From Prevotella sp. (lineage in GTDB: Bacteria > Bacteroidota > Bacteroidia > Bacteroidales > Bacteroidaceae), in the NCBI GenBank assembly GCA_034101015.1, contig JAXEKN010000055.1:37243-101242 (forward strand): 64,000 nucleotides of DNA, read 5' to 3'. The notes beneath the pieces are model-generated. The model saw only the letters and a program-made list of their open reading frames with translations, searched no databases and had not been told where the DNA came from. Below are positions 7,889-18,198 of this stretch, piece by piece. Positions within the stretch are counted from its first letter, which is position 1. Each line of letters opens with the position of its first letter. The position numbers were made by a program, and so were the translations under genes.

Positions 7889-9862
7889 ATGGCAGAAGAT
7901 ATAAACAAAGAAAGCAACTATTCCGCGAGCAACATACAAGTGCTCGAAGGACTGGAGGCCGTGCGCAAGCGTCCGGCCATGTATATTGGTGACATTAGTG
8001 AAAAAGGTCTGCACCACTTGGTCAATGAGACGGTAGATAACTCCATTGACGAGGCAATGGCAGGCTATTGTACACATATTGAAGTGACTATCAACGAGGA
8101 TGAGTCAATCACTGTCCAAGACAATGGCCGCGGTATTCCCGTGGATGAGCACAAGAAGCTCCACAAGTCCGCCCTTGAGGTGGTTATGACCGTGCTTCAT
8201 GCCGGCGGTAAGTTTGACAAAGGTTCATACAAAGTCAGCGGCGGTCTGCATGGTGTCGGTGTGAGCTGTGTGAACGCCCTCTCCACCCACATGCTTTCAC
8301 AGGTTTTCCGTAACGGCAAGATATATCAGCAGGAATATGAGAAGGGAAAGCCTCTTTACTCTGTGAAGGTCGTAGGCGAGACGGAACTGACAGGTACACG
8401 CCAGCAGTTCTGGCCCGACCCCACGGTGTTCACCACCACGACATACAAATACGACATCATAGCCAAGCGAATGCGTGAGTTGGCTTATCTGAATGCCGGT
8501 ATCACCATCACACTCACCGACCTGCGTCCTGACGAGGAAGGCAAGACCAAGCAGGAGGTGTTTCATGCCAAGGACGGCTTGAAGGAGTTCGTGCGCTATG
8601 TGGATCGCCACCGCACCCATCTCTTTGACGACGTCATCTATCTCAAGACAGAAAAGCAGGGCATTCCAATCGAGGTGGCAGTGATGTACAACACCGACTA
8701 CAGTGAGAATATCCACTCCTACGTCAACAATATCAACACTATAGAGGGAGGTACGCATCTTGTGGGATTCCGCATGGCTCTCACCCGTACGCTGAAGAAA
8801 TATGCCGATGCCGACCCCGTCATATCCAAGCAGATCGAGAAGGCTAAGATAGAGATTGCGGGTGAGGACTTCCGCGAAGGACTTACAGCCGTCATCTCCA
8901 TCAAGGTGGCAGAACCCCAGTTTGAGGGACAGACGAAGACCAAGCTCGGCAACTCGGAAGTGGCGGGAGCCGTACAGCAGGCAGTGGGCGAGGCTCTTGC
9001 CTACTACTTGGAAGAGCATCCCAAGGAGGCAAAGCAGATATGCGACAAGGTGATTCTCGCCGCCACAGCACGTATAGCAGCCCGCAAGGCCCGCGAGAGT
9101 GTGCAGCGCAAGAACCCCATGACCGGAGGCGGACTGCCGGGAAAGCTCGCCGACTGCTCCAACAAGGATCCGAAGGAATGTGAGATATTCCTCGTTGAGG
9201 GAGACTCCGCCGGCGGCTCTGCCAAGCAGGGACGCGACCGCTATACTCAGGCCATCCTGCCACTGCGTGGTAAAATCCTCAACGTGGAGAAGGTGATGTG
9301 GCACAAGGTTTTTGAGAGCGAGTCAGTGATGAACATCATACAGAGCATCGGAGTGAGATTCGGCGTTGACGGCGAGGACGACAAGGAAGCCAATATCGAC
9401 AAGCTACGCTATGACAAGATTATCATCATGACCGATGCCGATGTCGATGGCTCACACATCGACACGCTCATCATGACACTCTTCTACCGCTTCATGCCGA
9501 AGATTATCCAGGAGGGACATCTGTATATCGCCACACCTCCGCTATATCTCTGTACATACAAGAACAAGGCCAAGGAATACTGCTACACCGACCAGCAGCG
9601 ACAGGCTTTCCTCGACAAATGGGGTAATGGAGTGGAGGACGGAAAGAGCCTGCACACCCAGCGCTACAAAGGTCTTGGAGAGATGAATCCCGAACAGTTG
9701 TGGGAGACAACAATGAACCCCGCCACTCGACTTCTGAAACAGGTGACTATCGAGAATGCCGCCGAGGCCGACGAGATCTTCTCAATGCTTATGGGTGATG
9801 ACGTGGAGCCACGCCGCGAGTTTATCGAGAAGAATGCCACTTACGCCAACATCGACGCGTGA
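7889..9862 (+). CDS. gyrB: DNA gyrase subunit B
   Basis: LEAVRKRPAMYIG, GGLHGVGVS, FEGQTKTKL, VEGDSAGG, TDADVDG, QRYKGLGEM, ends ANIDA. Confidence 0.99.
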   Translation: MAEDINKESNYSASNIQVLEGLEAVRKRPAMYIGDISEKGLHHLVNETVDNSIDEAMAGYCTHIEVTINEDESITVQDNGRGIPVDEHKKLHKSALEVVMTVLHAGGKFDKGSYKVSGGLHGVGVSCVNALSTHMLSQVFRNGKIYQQEYEKGKPLYSVKVVGETELTGTRQQFWPDPTVFTTTTYKYDIIAKRMRELAYLNAGITITLTDLRPDEEGKTKQEVFHAKDGLKEFVRYVDRHRTHLFDDVIYLKTEKQGIPIEVAVMYNTDYSENIHSYVNNINTIEGGTHLVGFRMALTRTLKKYADADPVISKQIEKAKIEIAGEDFREGLTAVISIKVAEPQFEGQTKTKLGNSEVAGAVQQAVGEALAYYLEEHPKEAKQICDKVILAATARIAARKARESVQRKNPMTGGGLPGKLADCSNKDPKECEIFLVEGDSAGGSAKQGRDRYTQAILPLRGKILNVEKVMWHKVFESESVMNIIQSIGVRFGVDGEDDKEANIDKLRYDKIIIMTDADVDGSHIDTLIMTLFYRFMPKIIQEGHLYIATPPLYLCTYKNKAKEYCYTDQQRQAFLDKWGNGVEDGKSLHTQRYKGLGEMNPEQLWETTMNPATRLLKQVTIENAAEADEIFSMLMGDDVEPRREFIEKNATYANIDA

Positions 9863-9876
9863 TGCCGGAATAACTA

Positions 9877-9969
9877 AGGTATTAATAATTAATAATTAAT
9901 AATTAAAAATTAAGAATTAAGGAAGTTAGTAAAGCCAATACTATTTTTCTTAATTCTTAATTTTTACCT
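9877..9969. repeat. Heptamer tandem (ATTAAnA)6 forming an 18-bp inverted repeat; possible gyrB terminator
   Basis: Units at 9881-9922; 9904-9921 is the reverse complement of 9949-9966. Confidence 0.75.
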
Positions 9970-10006
9970 AATAACTTTACTGTTTTACTCTCAATAATCA
10001 TACGAC

Positions 10007-12397
10007 ATGAGAAAAATAGCTATTCTGATTTCATTTGTAATGATGACAATAACAGCATTGGCACATGACAACTCATTGCCAATGAAACTATGGTATGACA
10101 CTCCCGCACAGTTTTTCGAAGAGTCAATGCCTATAGGCAATGGCCGACTCGGTGCCTTGGTATATGGAGGTGCCGACGACAATATGTTGCAGTTTAATGA
10201 CATAACATTATGGACAGGCAAACCAGTAAACCGTAATGACGATGCCGACGCCCACAAGTGGATACCGGAAATCAGGAAAGCCCTTTTTAATGAAGACTAC
10301 AAGCTGGCCGACTCGCTGCAACTGAATGTACAGGGCAACAACTCGCAGTTTTACCAGCCACTCGCCACACTCCATATCACGGACAAGTCGCAAGCCAAGG
10401 CAACAAAATACTATCGCGAGCTTGATATCGACAGTGCCCTATGCAAGGACACATACACCAAAGACGGCGTAAGATTCACACGTGAGTACTTCGCCTCACA
10501 TCCCGATAATGTCATAGCCATGAGAATCAGGGCGGACAGACGGGGAGCCATCAACTGTACTCTATCGCTCACCTCCCTCGTGCCCCACAAGGTGAAGGGC
10601 AACATGCTCGCTGACGATGGAAACAACAAGGGAGGCACCCTCACCATCACCGGACATGCCACAGGCGACCCTATGCAGAGCACACACTACTGCGGACAAC
10701 TGAGCGTGAAGACCGACGGCATGGTGACTGTGGCAAGCGACTCCTCGCTTGTCATCAACGGGGGAACGGATGCAGTGATATACTTCGTCAACCGCACCAG
10801 CTTCAACGGTTTCGACAAGCATCCGGTAAGCCAAGGTGCACCGTATCTCGACCAGGTGGCCGACGACCAATGGCATTTGGTCAACTACAGCTACGACCAA
10901 CTGCGCGAGCGACATGTGTCAGACTATAAATCCATCTACGACCGCTTTCGGTTAGTGCTTGGCAAACCCGTGTTTGACTCACGGCGCACCACCGCCCGGC
11001 AATTGAAAGACTATACCGACAACAAGGGAGGCAACAGTTATCTTGAGACCCTTTATGCCCAATATGGCAGATACCTGCTGATCAGTTGCTCACGCACCGC
11101 CGCCGTGCCGGCCAACCTTCAGGGACTGTGGACACCCCACCTGTGGTCGCCCTGGCGAGGCAATTACACCGTCAACATCAACCTTGAGGAAAACTATTGG
11201 CCCGCAGAGGTGGCCAACATGCCTGAGATGGTCATGCCGCTCGACGGATTCATCACAGCCCTTGCCGCCAACGGCGCATATACCGCCAAGTGCTACTATG
11301 GCATCAACGAGGGATGGTGCTCCAGCCATAACAGTGACGTCTGGGCAATGACCAACCCTGTGGGCGAAAAGCGAGAATGGCCGGAATGGGCCAACTGGAA
11401 CATGGGTGGCGCATGGTTGGTCAATGCACTGTGGGACCACTATCTCTTCGGACTCGACAAGTCATACCTCCGCACCACGGCATATCCACTGATGAAGGGC
11501 GCAACCGAATTCTGTATGGCATGGCTTATAGAAAACCCGAACAACCCTGATGAACTGATCACTGCACCAAGCACATCACCCGAAAACGAATACAAGACCG
11601 ACAAGGGATATCACGGAATGACCATGTACGGAGGCACTGCCGACCTGGCCATCATCCGTGAGTTGCTAACTAATACATTAGAGGCAGCCAAGACACTCAA
11701 TCTGGACAAGGAGTTGCAGAAAAGAATAGAAGCCACACTCTCACGTCTGCACCCTTATACCATCGGCAAGCGAGGTAACCTCCAGGAGTGGTATTACGAC
11801 TGGGACGACTGGGACTGGCAGCACCGCCACCAATCCCATCTCATCGGTCTATATCCCGGCTCACATATCACCACATCACAACCCCGGCTGATGGATGCCT
11901 GTCGCAAGTCATTGGAAATCAAAGGTGACAACACCACAGGATGGAGCACCGGATGGCGAGTGAACCTTTGGGCACGGCTTGGCGATGCAGCGCAGGCGTA
12001 TCATATCTATCAGAAACTGCTCACATACGTCAGTCCTGACAACTATGACGGTGAGGACAAGCGCCGCTCAGGCGGCACATATCCCAACCTCTTTGACGCC
12101 CATCCGCCATTCCAGATTGACGGCAACTTTGGCGGAACGGCAGGGGTATGCGAAATGCTCATGCAGAGCGACGGCAAGACCATCACACTGCTGCCCGCCC
12201 TGCCCAAGGAATGGAGCGAGGGAAGCGTGAGCGGCATACGTGCCCGTGGAGGTTGTGAGATCGCCATGGAATGGAAAGCCTCCAAGGTGACTGGACTGAA
12301 GATATCGTCAAAGACCAACCGTAAACTGACGATTCACTGCAATGGTGAGACAAAGACCGTCAAGATGAAAGCAGGCAAGACAACAACGATAATCTGA
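10007..12397 (+). CDS. Glycoside hydrolase family 95 (alpha-L-fucosidase / alpha-L-galactosidase type), secreted
   Basis: LWYDTPA...[55 protein letters not shown]; Sec signal peptide. Confidence 0.95.
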   Translation: MRKIAILISFVMMTITALAHDNSLPMKLWYDTPAQFFEESMPIGNGRLGALVYGGADDNMLQFNDITLWTGKPVNRNDDADAHKWIPEIRKALFNEDYKLADSLQLNVQGNNSQFYQPLATLHITDKSQAKATKYYRELDIDSALCKDTYTKDGVRFTREYFASHPDNVIAMRIRADRRGAINCTLSLTSLVPHKVKGNMLADDGNNKGGTLTITGHATGDPMQSTHYCGQLSVKTDGMVTVASDSSLVINGGTDAVIYFVNRTSFNGFDKHPVSQGAPYLDQVADDQWHLVNYSYDQLRERHVSDYKSIYDRFRLVLGKPVFDSRRTTARQLKDYTDNKGGNSYLETLYAQYGRYLLISCSRTAAVPANLQGLWTPHLWSPWRGNYTVNINLEENYWPAEVANMPEMVMPLDGFITALAANGAYTAKCYYGINEGWCSSHNSDVWAMTNPVGEKREWPEWANWNMGGAWLVNALWDHYLFGLDKSYLRTTAYPLMKGATEFCMAWLIENPNNPDELITAPSTSPENEYKTDKGYHGMTMYGGTADLAIIRELLTNTLEAAKTLNLDKELQKRIEATLSRLHPYTIGKRGNLQEWYYDWDDWDWQHRHQSHLIGLYPGSHITTSQPRLMDACRKSLEIKGDNTTGWSTGWRVNLWARLGDAAQAYHIYQKLLTYVSPDNYDGEDKRRSGGTYPNLFDAHPPFQIDGNFGGTAGVCEMLMQSDGKTITLLPALPKEWSEGSVSGIRARGGCEIAMEWKASKVTGLKISSKTNRKLTIHCNGETKTVKMKAGKTTTII

Positions 12398-12401
12398 CAA
12401 T

Positions 12402-13283
12402 ATGGATAAACGACCTATAAGAAACACCAACTTCCAAATTGCACAGGAAGACCACAACAAGTCGGACTTCATTGCCGACGACATCATACTCAGTGAAAAA
12501 ATCCAGGAACTCGCCATAACCAAGGGACCAAGGCGAATGACATTCATACTCATTGCCCTATGCACACAAGGTAATGCAGAGTTTACCATCGACACCCAAA
12601 AGCGACAGGTGAGCAAGAATGATATCATCATCATCTCCGACCGCCACGTCATTGATGACTTTAAGGCATCCGATGACCTCAAGGGCCCCGCCATGATGCT
12701 GTCGGTCAACTTCTTCTATGACGTGATACACGACGTAAGGGACATCGCAATGCTGTTTCAGTTTTCGAGAAACCACCCAGTGGTGTCGGTCAATGAGGAG
12801 GAGGTGCAGCTCTTCATGGAATACTTCCAGATGCTTAAGAGAAAAATAGCGGAGGATACCAACCTTTTCCGCCGCGACCTGGTCCGTACATTGGTACTGG
12901 CAATGTTCTACGACTTCAGCAATGTCATATATCGTGTGCAGCAGACAGAAAACACCAAACAGTCGCGCGCCGACATGATATTCACACAGTTTATCAGGCT
13001 CGTTGAAGACCACTATCGTGAGGAACGCCGTGTGGGATGGTATGCAGAGCAGTTGTGCATCACACCGAAATATCTCTCTGAGACAGTGAAGTCGGTGAGC
13101 AAGAACACACCCAATGAGTGGATTGACAAATATGTGACACTGGAGGCCCGCATACTTCTCAAGACCACATCCATGAGCATAAAGGAGATTTCCGATGAGC
13201 TGCATTTCCCCAACCAGTCCTTTCTCGGCAAGTTTTTTAAGGAGCATGTGGGCATGTCGCCAACAGCCTACCGAAAACAATAA
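12402..13283 (+). CDS. AraC-family transcriptional regulator
   Basis: C-terminal VGWYAEQLCITPKYLS...IKEISDELHFPNQSFLGKFFKEHVGMSPTAYR. Confidence 0.95.
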   Translation: MDKRPIRNTNFQIAQEDHNKSDFIADDIILSEKIQELAITKGPRRMTFILIALCTQGNAEFTIDTQKRQVSKNDIIIISDRHVIDDFKASDDLKGPAMMLSVNFFYDVIHDVRDIAMLFQFSRNHPVVSVNEEEVQLFMEYFQMLKRKIAEDTNLFRRDLVRTLVLAMFYDFSNVIYRVQQTENTKQSRADMIFTQFIRLVEDHYREERRVGWYAEQLCITPKYLSETVKSVSKNTPNEWIDKYVTLEARILLKTTSMSIKEISDELHFPNQSFLGKFFKEHVGMSPTAYRKQ

Positions 13284-13428
13284 CCCCTTCGAAGCATGCC
13301 GAAATGCCTTGAATAAAGAGATTATTCGTGTTTTTCTCTTTCAATGATACAAAAAACAAAGTTTTCGCTACAAATTCAGATATTGTTTTGGTATTTAATT
13401 ACTACCTTTGCACCAAACTTAGAAACTT

Positions 13429-16400
13429 ATGGACAATAGAGAAATTATTTCCGACTATTATCACCGCAACCTGGCTGAGATGCAAAACTTCGCGATGCGT
13501 ATCGTGAAGAATCAGGTTGTGGCTGAGGATATAGTGCAAGACACCTTTCTCCGCCTTCTCGCCACAAAGGAAATAATCATCGAACGTAGTCTGTCGCCTT
13601 TCGTCCACAAAATGATACGCAACCAATGTATCGACTATCTCCGACGTACAAAGTATCATCAGCTTGTCTTTCAGCAACTTGCCTTGGCTTCCACCTCATG
13701 GAATAATATCGAGTCTGAGGTATATGCCAAGGAACTTAAAGAAGCAATCGACGAAGGAATCACACTTATGCCAAAACACTATCAAAACATATATCAAATG
13801 AGTATTTATGAAGGTAAGAAGGTGGCTGAGATAACTGCCACAATGGGTATCAGTTACAAGGCAACTGAAAACTATCTTGGAAGGGCGCGCGCTGCTATGC
13901 GCTCTTATTTGCGCAAGTGTATGATTATCATTAGTATGCTGGCTATGGCGATTTCATCGGATGCAGCCGACAGATTTGTCGGTTTCATCGGAGGCGACCT
14001 GCATCTCACAGCCAATGGTGCAGTTGTCATCTCAGTGGATGATGGCGACCATAAAGGAGTAAGGATAGCCGCCAACTCGTTGGCAGCCGACATACTCAAT
14101 GTCACTGGTCGTCAATCAGCCTTCAGTCAATCCAATGCCAACATTATCATCGGCACTATGGGCAAGTCGAAGACCATCGACACCATTCTAAAGCAGAACA
14201 GGCTCACCAACGAGCTAAAGGGCAAGACCGAGAAATACATTATCACCACTATTGACAACAAGATGATTATAGCCGGCAGCGACTATCGTGGCACTATCTA
14301 CGGCATCTACGAGATGTCGCGCCAGATGGGTGTGTCGCCATGGTATTGGTGGGCGGACGTGCCAGTGGTGAAGCATAGCGACATATATATAAATAAAGGT
14401 GTATATACAGACGGCGAACCCGCAGTGCGCTATCGTGGTATCTTCCTCAACGACGAGGCACCATGCCTTACTACATGGGTCAACAATACGTTTAAGACCA
14501 ACTATGGCGGTCATGAGTTTTATGAGAAGGTGTTTGAACTCATCCTGCGCCTTCGCGGCAATATGATGTGGCCGGCCATGTGGGGATGGGCATTCTACGC
14601 CGACGACCCGCTCAACCAAAAGACCGCCAATGACATGGGCATCATTATGGGTACGTCCCACCACGAGCCGATGGCACGCAACCATCAGGAATGGGCGCGT
14701 CATCGCAAGGATTATGGAGCATGGAACTATTCCACCAACAAGGAGGTGATAAAGAAGTTCTTTCGTGAGGGAATAGAGCGCATAAAAGGCACCGACGACA
14801 TGGTGACAATAGGTATGCGAGGTGATGGTGACGAGGCCATGAGCGAGGAAGCCGACACACGTTTATTGGAAGAGATAGTAGCCGACCAGCGAAAGATCAT
14901 CGAACGTGTGACGGGAAAGAAAGCCAAGGAGACCCCACAGGTGTGGGCATTGTATAAGGAAGTGTTGGACTATTACGACAAGGGAATGCGTGTGCCTGAC
15001 GATGTCATCATGCTCCTATGTGATGACAACTGGGGCAACGTGCGTCGTGTGCCGACAGACAAGGAACGCCAGCACAAGGGCGGATGGGGCCTGTATTATC
15101 ATGTTGACTACGTGGGTGCACCCCGCAATACCAAGTGGCTCAACGTCACCCCGACTCAGAATATGTGGGAACAGCTCACCCTGGCGTCACAATATGGCAT
15201 TGACCGCCTGTGGATACTTAATGTGGGCGACCTCAAGCCTATGGAATATCCCATCACCCTCTTTATGGACATGGCATGGAATCCCGCTAAGTATGATGCC
15301 GCCACACTCACTATGCATACCGAGCAATTCTGTCGCGAACTGTTTGGTTGCTGTCAGGCTACCGAGGCAGCACGTATCCTTAACCTCTGTTGCAAGTATG
15401 CCGGACGCAGCACCGCCGAGATGCTCGATGCCTCTGTGTATGACGCTGCCGGAGGGGAGTGGGCGAAAGTGGTGGCGCAATATGACGCCCTTGAAGCCGA
15501 TGCCCTTCGACAGTTTGTCAGCCTTGACGAGACTTATCGCGATACCTATCGCCAAATCATACTCTTCCCTGTCCAGGCCATGGCCAATCTCCATCGGATG
15601 TATCAGGCCAAGGCCATGAACGACATGCTCATGAAGAATGCCGGCGGCAAGTATTCTGAATACACCGCTGCCGAGATCAACCATTGGGCTGACCGTTGCG
15701 CCGAAGCCTTCCGTAGGGATTCCTTGCTATGTGATGAATACAATACCAAGATGTCGGGAGGCAAATGGAATGGTATGATGATACAAAAGCATATAGGCTA
15801 TACTTCATGGCACGACGGATTCCCACGCGACATAATGCCCGCTGTGGCACGTGTGGAAGCCAACTCCGATGGTGGCGATGTAATACCGATGGAGAATGGC
15901 GTGGCCAACATTGAGGCGATGGCGTACTTCAGCAAGACCGACGGCAAGGAAGCCCGCTGGACGGAAATCCCATTTATGGGCAAGTCGCGCTCCGCCCTTT
16001 CCCTTCAGCCATATACCGCCGCTATCGACGGTGCTTCACTCACATACAAGTTCTCCACTGTCTGCGACAACACTGGCTGTGGGAAAGCCTGTGAGAGTGG
16101 CGATGCCCCGGAAGCACGCATACACATCATCGTGAAATCCACCCTTGACTTCCTCAACGGCAATGGATTCACATATAACGTGAGTGTTGACGGCGGTGAA
16201 CCGCAAACAGTCAACTTCAACTCCGACCTCAACGAAAAGCCGGAGAATATCTACGACATATACTATCCCACAATAGCCAGGCGAGTGGTTGACAAGACGG
16301 TGACGGTCAGACTGCCCAAGACATCCGACGGCATGCACACCATTACCATCACCCCCAACTCCCCAGCCATTGTATTCGAGAAGATTGTCGTTGACTGTCG

Positions 16401-16431
16401 CAAGACTCCAGGAAGAATATCACATCTATAA
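13429..16431 (+). CDS. In-frame fusion: ECF sigma-70 factor (aa 1-165) + signal-like hydrophobic segment + GH115 alpha-glucuronidase-type enzyme
   Basis: Sigma region 2 AEDIVQDTFLRLL...IRNQCIDYLRR and region 4 GKKVAEITATMGISYKATENYLGRAR. The junction at 13897-13970 has no stop codon. GH115 motifs GVSPWYWWAD, YRGIFLNDE, GTSHHEPM, GMRGDGDE, DDNWG, YYHVDYVG. Confidence 0.9.
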   Translation: MDNREIISDYYHRNLAEMQNFAMRIVKNQVVAEDIVQDTFLRLLATKEIIIERSLSPFVHKMIRNQCIDYLRRTKYHQLVFQQLALASTSWNNIESEVYAKELKEAIDEGITLMPKHYQNIYQMSIYEGKKVAEITATMGISYKATENYLGRARAAMRSYLRKCMIIISMLAMAISSDAADRFVGFIGGDLHLTANGAVVISVDDGDHKGVRIAANSLAADILNVTGRQSAFSQSNANIIIGTMGKSKTIDTILKQNRLTNELKGKTEKYIITTIDNKMIIAGSDYRGTIYGIYEMSRQMGVSPWYWWADVPVVKHSDIYINKGVYTDGEPAVRYRGIFLNDEAPCLTTWVNNTFKTNYGGHEFYEKVFELILRLRGNMMWPAMWGWAFYADDPLNQKTANDMGIIMGTSHHEPMARNHQEWARHRKDYGAWNYSTNKEVIKKFFREGIERIKGTDDMVTIGMRGDGDEAMSEEADTRLLEEIVADQRKIIERVTGKKAKETPQVWALYKEVLDYYDKGMRVPDDVIMLLCDDNWGNVRRVPTDKERQHKGGWGLYYHVDYVGAPRNTKWLNVTPTQNMWEQLTLASQYGIDRLWILNVGDLKPMEYPITLFMDMAWNPAKYDAATLTMHTEQFCRELFGCCQATEAARILNLCCKYAGRSTAEMLDASVYDAAGGEWAKVVAQYDALEADALRQFVSLDETYRDTYRQIILFPVQAMANLHRMYQAKAMNDMLMKNAGGKYSEYTAAEINHWADRCAEAFRRDSLLCDEYNTKMSGGKWNGMMIQKHIGYTSWHDGFPRDIMPAVARVEANSDGGDVIPMENGVANIEAMAYFSKTDGKEARWTEIPFMGKSRSALSLQPYTAAIDGASLTYKFSTVCDNTGCGKACESGDAPEARIHIIVKSTLDFLNGNGFTYNVSVDGGEPQTVNFNSDLNEKPENIYDIYYPTIARRVVDKTVTVRLPKTSDGMHTITITPNSPAIVFEKIVVDCRKTPGRISHL

Positions 16432-16492
16432 TAACAAAAAATTGAAATCAATTTGCATATTTCGGAGAATATGTGTAACTTTGCACCCCGAA

Positions 16493-17455
16493 ATGAGAAT
16501 GTTTGATTTCATAAAACGATTTTCACTGCCCGTATCCCTCCTTACGGGCAGTGCTTTGTATCTGCTCTTTTCGAGAGTCAGCATACTGATGCCGGTGGGT
16601 GACGTGGCAGGTCCGATGCTATGCGACCATGTCATGCCGGTCATTCTGTTTGTCATCCTCTACGTGACATTCTGTAAGATACAGATCAAGGAGATGATGC
16701 CGCGCACATGGCACTTTATCCTTCAGGGCATACGCACCTTGCTCTCGGCAGCCATGGTGGGACTCATCGTCATCACCGACGATGCCGACCTCCGCCTTAT
16801 CCTTGAAGGCGTGTTCATCTGTATTATCTGTCCCACAGCTGCCGCCGCACCTGTAGTCACGGAGAAACTTGGTGGCAGCATAGCTTCCCTCACAATCTAC
16901 ACCATCATCGCCAATGTGGTGACCTCCATCATCATTCCCTTCTTTTTCCCCATCGTGGAGAAAGAGGCCGACATCACCTTCCTTTCCGCAATGCTGATGG
17001 TGCTGCGCAATGTCACCGTGGTGCTCATCGTGCCGCTTGTCTTGGCATTGCTTAGTCGCAAGGTCATTCCCTCGTTTACCGATTGGCTTAAGAGTAAGCG
17101 CGACCTTGCCTTCTATCTCTGGTGTATCAACCTTGCCATCGTGTCGGGAGTGACCGTCAGGAACATTCTCGCTTCCACAGTGTCTGGCACTACATTGCTT
17201 TGGCTGCTTGTACTTCCCTTGTTCGTTTGCATTGGTCTGTTTGCCATCGGAAAGTCTGTGGGCAAGCCATACGGCGAGAGTATCAGTGCCGGTCAGGCTC
17301 TTGGCCAGAAAAACACGGTGGTAGGCATCTGGCTCACAATCAGCTTTCTCAATCCCCTTGCCGCTGTGGCCCCCGGTGCATACGTGCTATGGCAGAACAT
17401 GGTCAATGCGTGGCAGCTATGGTATAAGGAAAAATATGGAAAACTGAAGTGGTAA
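16493..17455 (+). CDS. Bile acid:sodium symporter (BASS) family membrane transporter
   Basis: About 10 hydrophobic segments, ICPTAAAAPVVTEKLGG, GQALGQKNT; promoter TAACTTTG just upstream. Confidence 0.8.
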   Translation: MRMFDFIKRFSLPVSLLTGSALYLLFSRVSILMPVGDVAGPMLCDHVMPVILFVILYVTFCKIQIKEMMPRTWHFILQGIRTLLSAAMVGLIVITDDADLRLILEGVFICIICPTAAAAPVVTEKLGGSIASLTIYTIIANVVTSIIIPFFFPIVEKEADITFLSAMLMVLRNVTVVLIVPLVLALLSRKVIPSFTDWLKSKRDLAFYLWCINLAIVSGVTVRNILASTVSGTTLLWLLVLPLFVCIGLFAIGKSVGKPYGESISAGQALGQKNTVVGIWLTISFLNPLAAVAPGAYVLWQNMVNAWQLWYKEKYGKLKW

Positions 17456-17589
17456 TGTCCGCATTTGACGTTCAAAATGTAAAAAAACTAAATAAAAGTC
17501 TAATAATCACCATAAAATTTGGTGGATTCGAAAATAATGCCTACCTTTGCAGCGGTTCAACAGGAAAGGCAGAAATAATAAGCTACTGG

Positions 17590-17629
17590 GATTCTGACAT
17601 TCACGTGATGTCAGGATTCTAATTTTTTT
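17590..17629 (+). terminator. Terminator-like hairpin + T7 in the greA 5' leader (candidate attenuator)
   Basis: Promoter box at 17542-17549; stem 17590-17600 pairs with 17608-17618; T-tract 17623-17629; ATG at 17686. Confidence 0.55.
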
Positions 17630-17685
17630 CGTCCCTGTCGAACACGTCAAACATTATTAATAATATAAATAAATCAAAAGTAATT

Positions 17686-18156
17686 ATGGCTTACATGTCA
17701 CAAGAGGGCTACGACAAGATGGTAGCCGAGTTGCAGCGCTTGGAAAGCGTTGAGCGCCCAAAGGCATCAGCAGCCATTGCTGAGGCTCGTGATAAGGGTG
17801 ACCTGAGTGAGAATTCTGAATACGATGCAGCCAAGGAAGCTCAGGCTCATCTCGAAGATAAAATCAACAAAATGAAACTGGCCATTTCCGAGGCCAAGAT
17901 TATCGACACTTCGAGACTGAGCACCGGTATCGTACAGATTATGTCGAAAGTTGAGATGACCAACCTTGCCAACAATGCCAAGATGTCTTATACCATCGTG
18001 AGCGAGAGCGAGGCCAACCTGCGTGAGGGCAAGATATCCATCATGACTCCCATCGCCCAGGGATTGCTTGGCAAGAAGGTGGGCGACGAGGTGGAGATCA
18101 AGATACCCCGTGGCACCATCAAGTTGCGCATCGAGAACATCACCATTGTGGGATGA
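17686..18156 (+). CDS. greA: Transcription elongation factor GreA
   Basis: IAEARDKGDLSENSEYDAAKE...ISIMTPIAQGLLGKKVGD. Confidence 0.98.
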   Translation: MAYMSQEGYDKMVAELQRLESVERPKASAAIAEARDKGDLSENSEYDAAKEAQAHLEDKINKMKLAISEAKIIDTSRLSTGIVQIMSKVEMTNLANNAKMSYTIVSESEANLREGKISIMTPIAQGLLGKKVGDEVEIKIPRGTIKLRIENITIVG

Positions 18157-18198
18157 TGCATGATAAATAAGAATGGAAGTATAAATAGAAAGTTTATT

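Noticed and set aside
8297-9304. 335-aa antisense ORF inside gyrB
   Set aside because: Shadow frame of a GC3-biased gene; no recognisable motifs. The same applies to antisense ORFs 12558-13280, 51734-52606, 52958-53806 and 58067-58753.
16370-16492. Apparent overlap of the BASS transporter with the GH115 3' end
   Set aside because: The extension crosses an AT-rich intergenic region containing the promoter box. The real start is about 16493.
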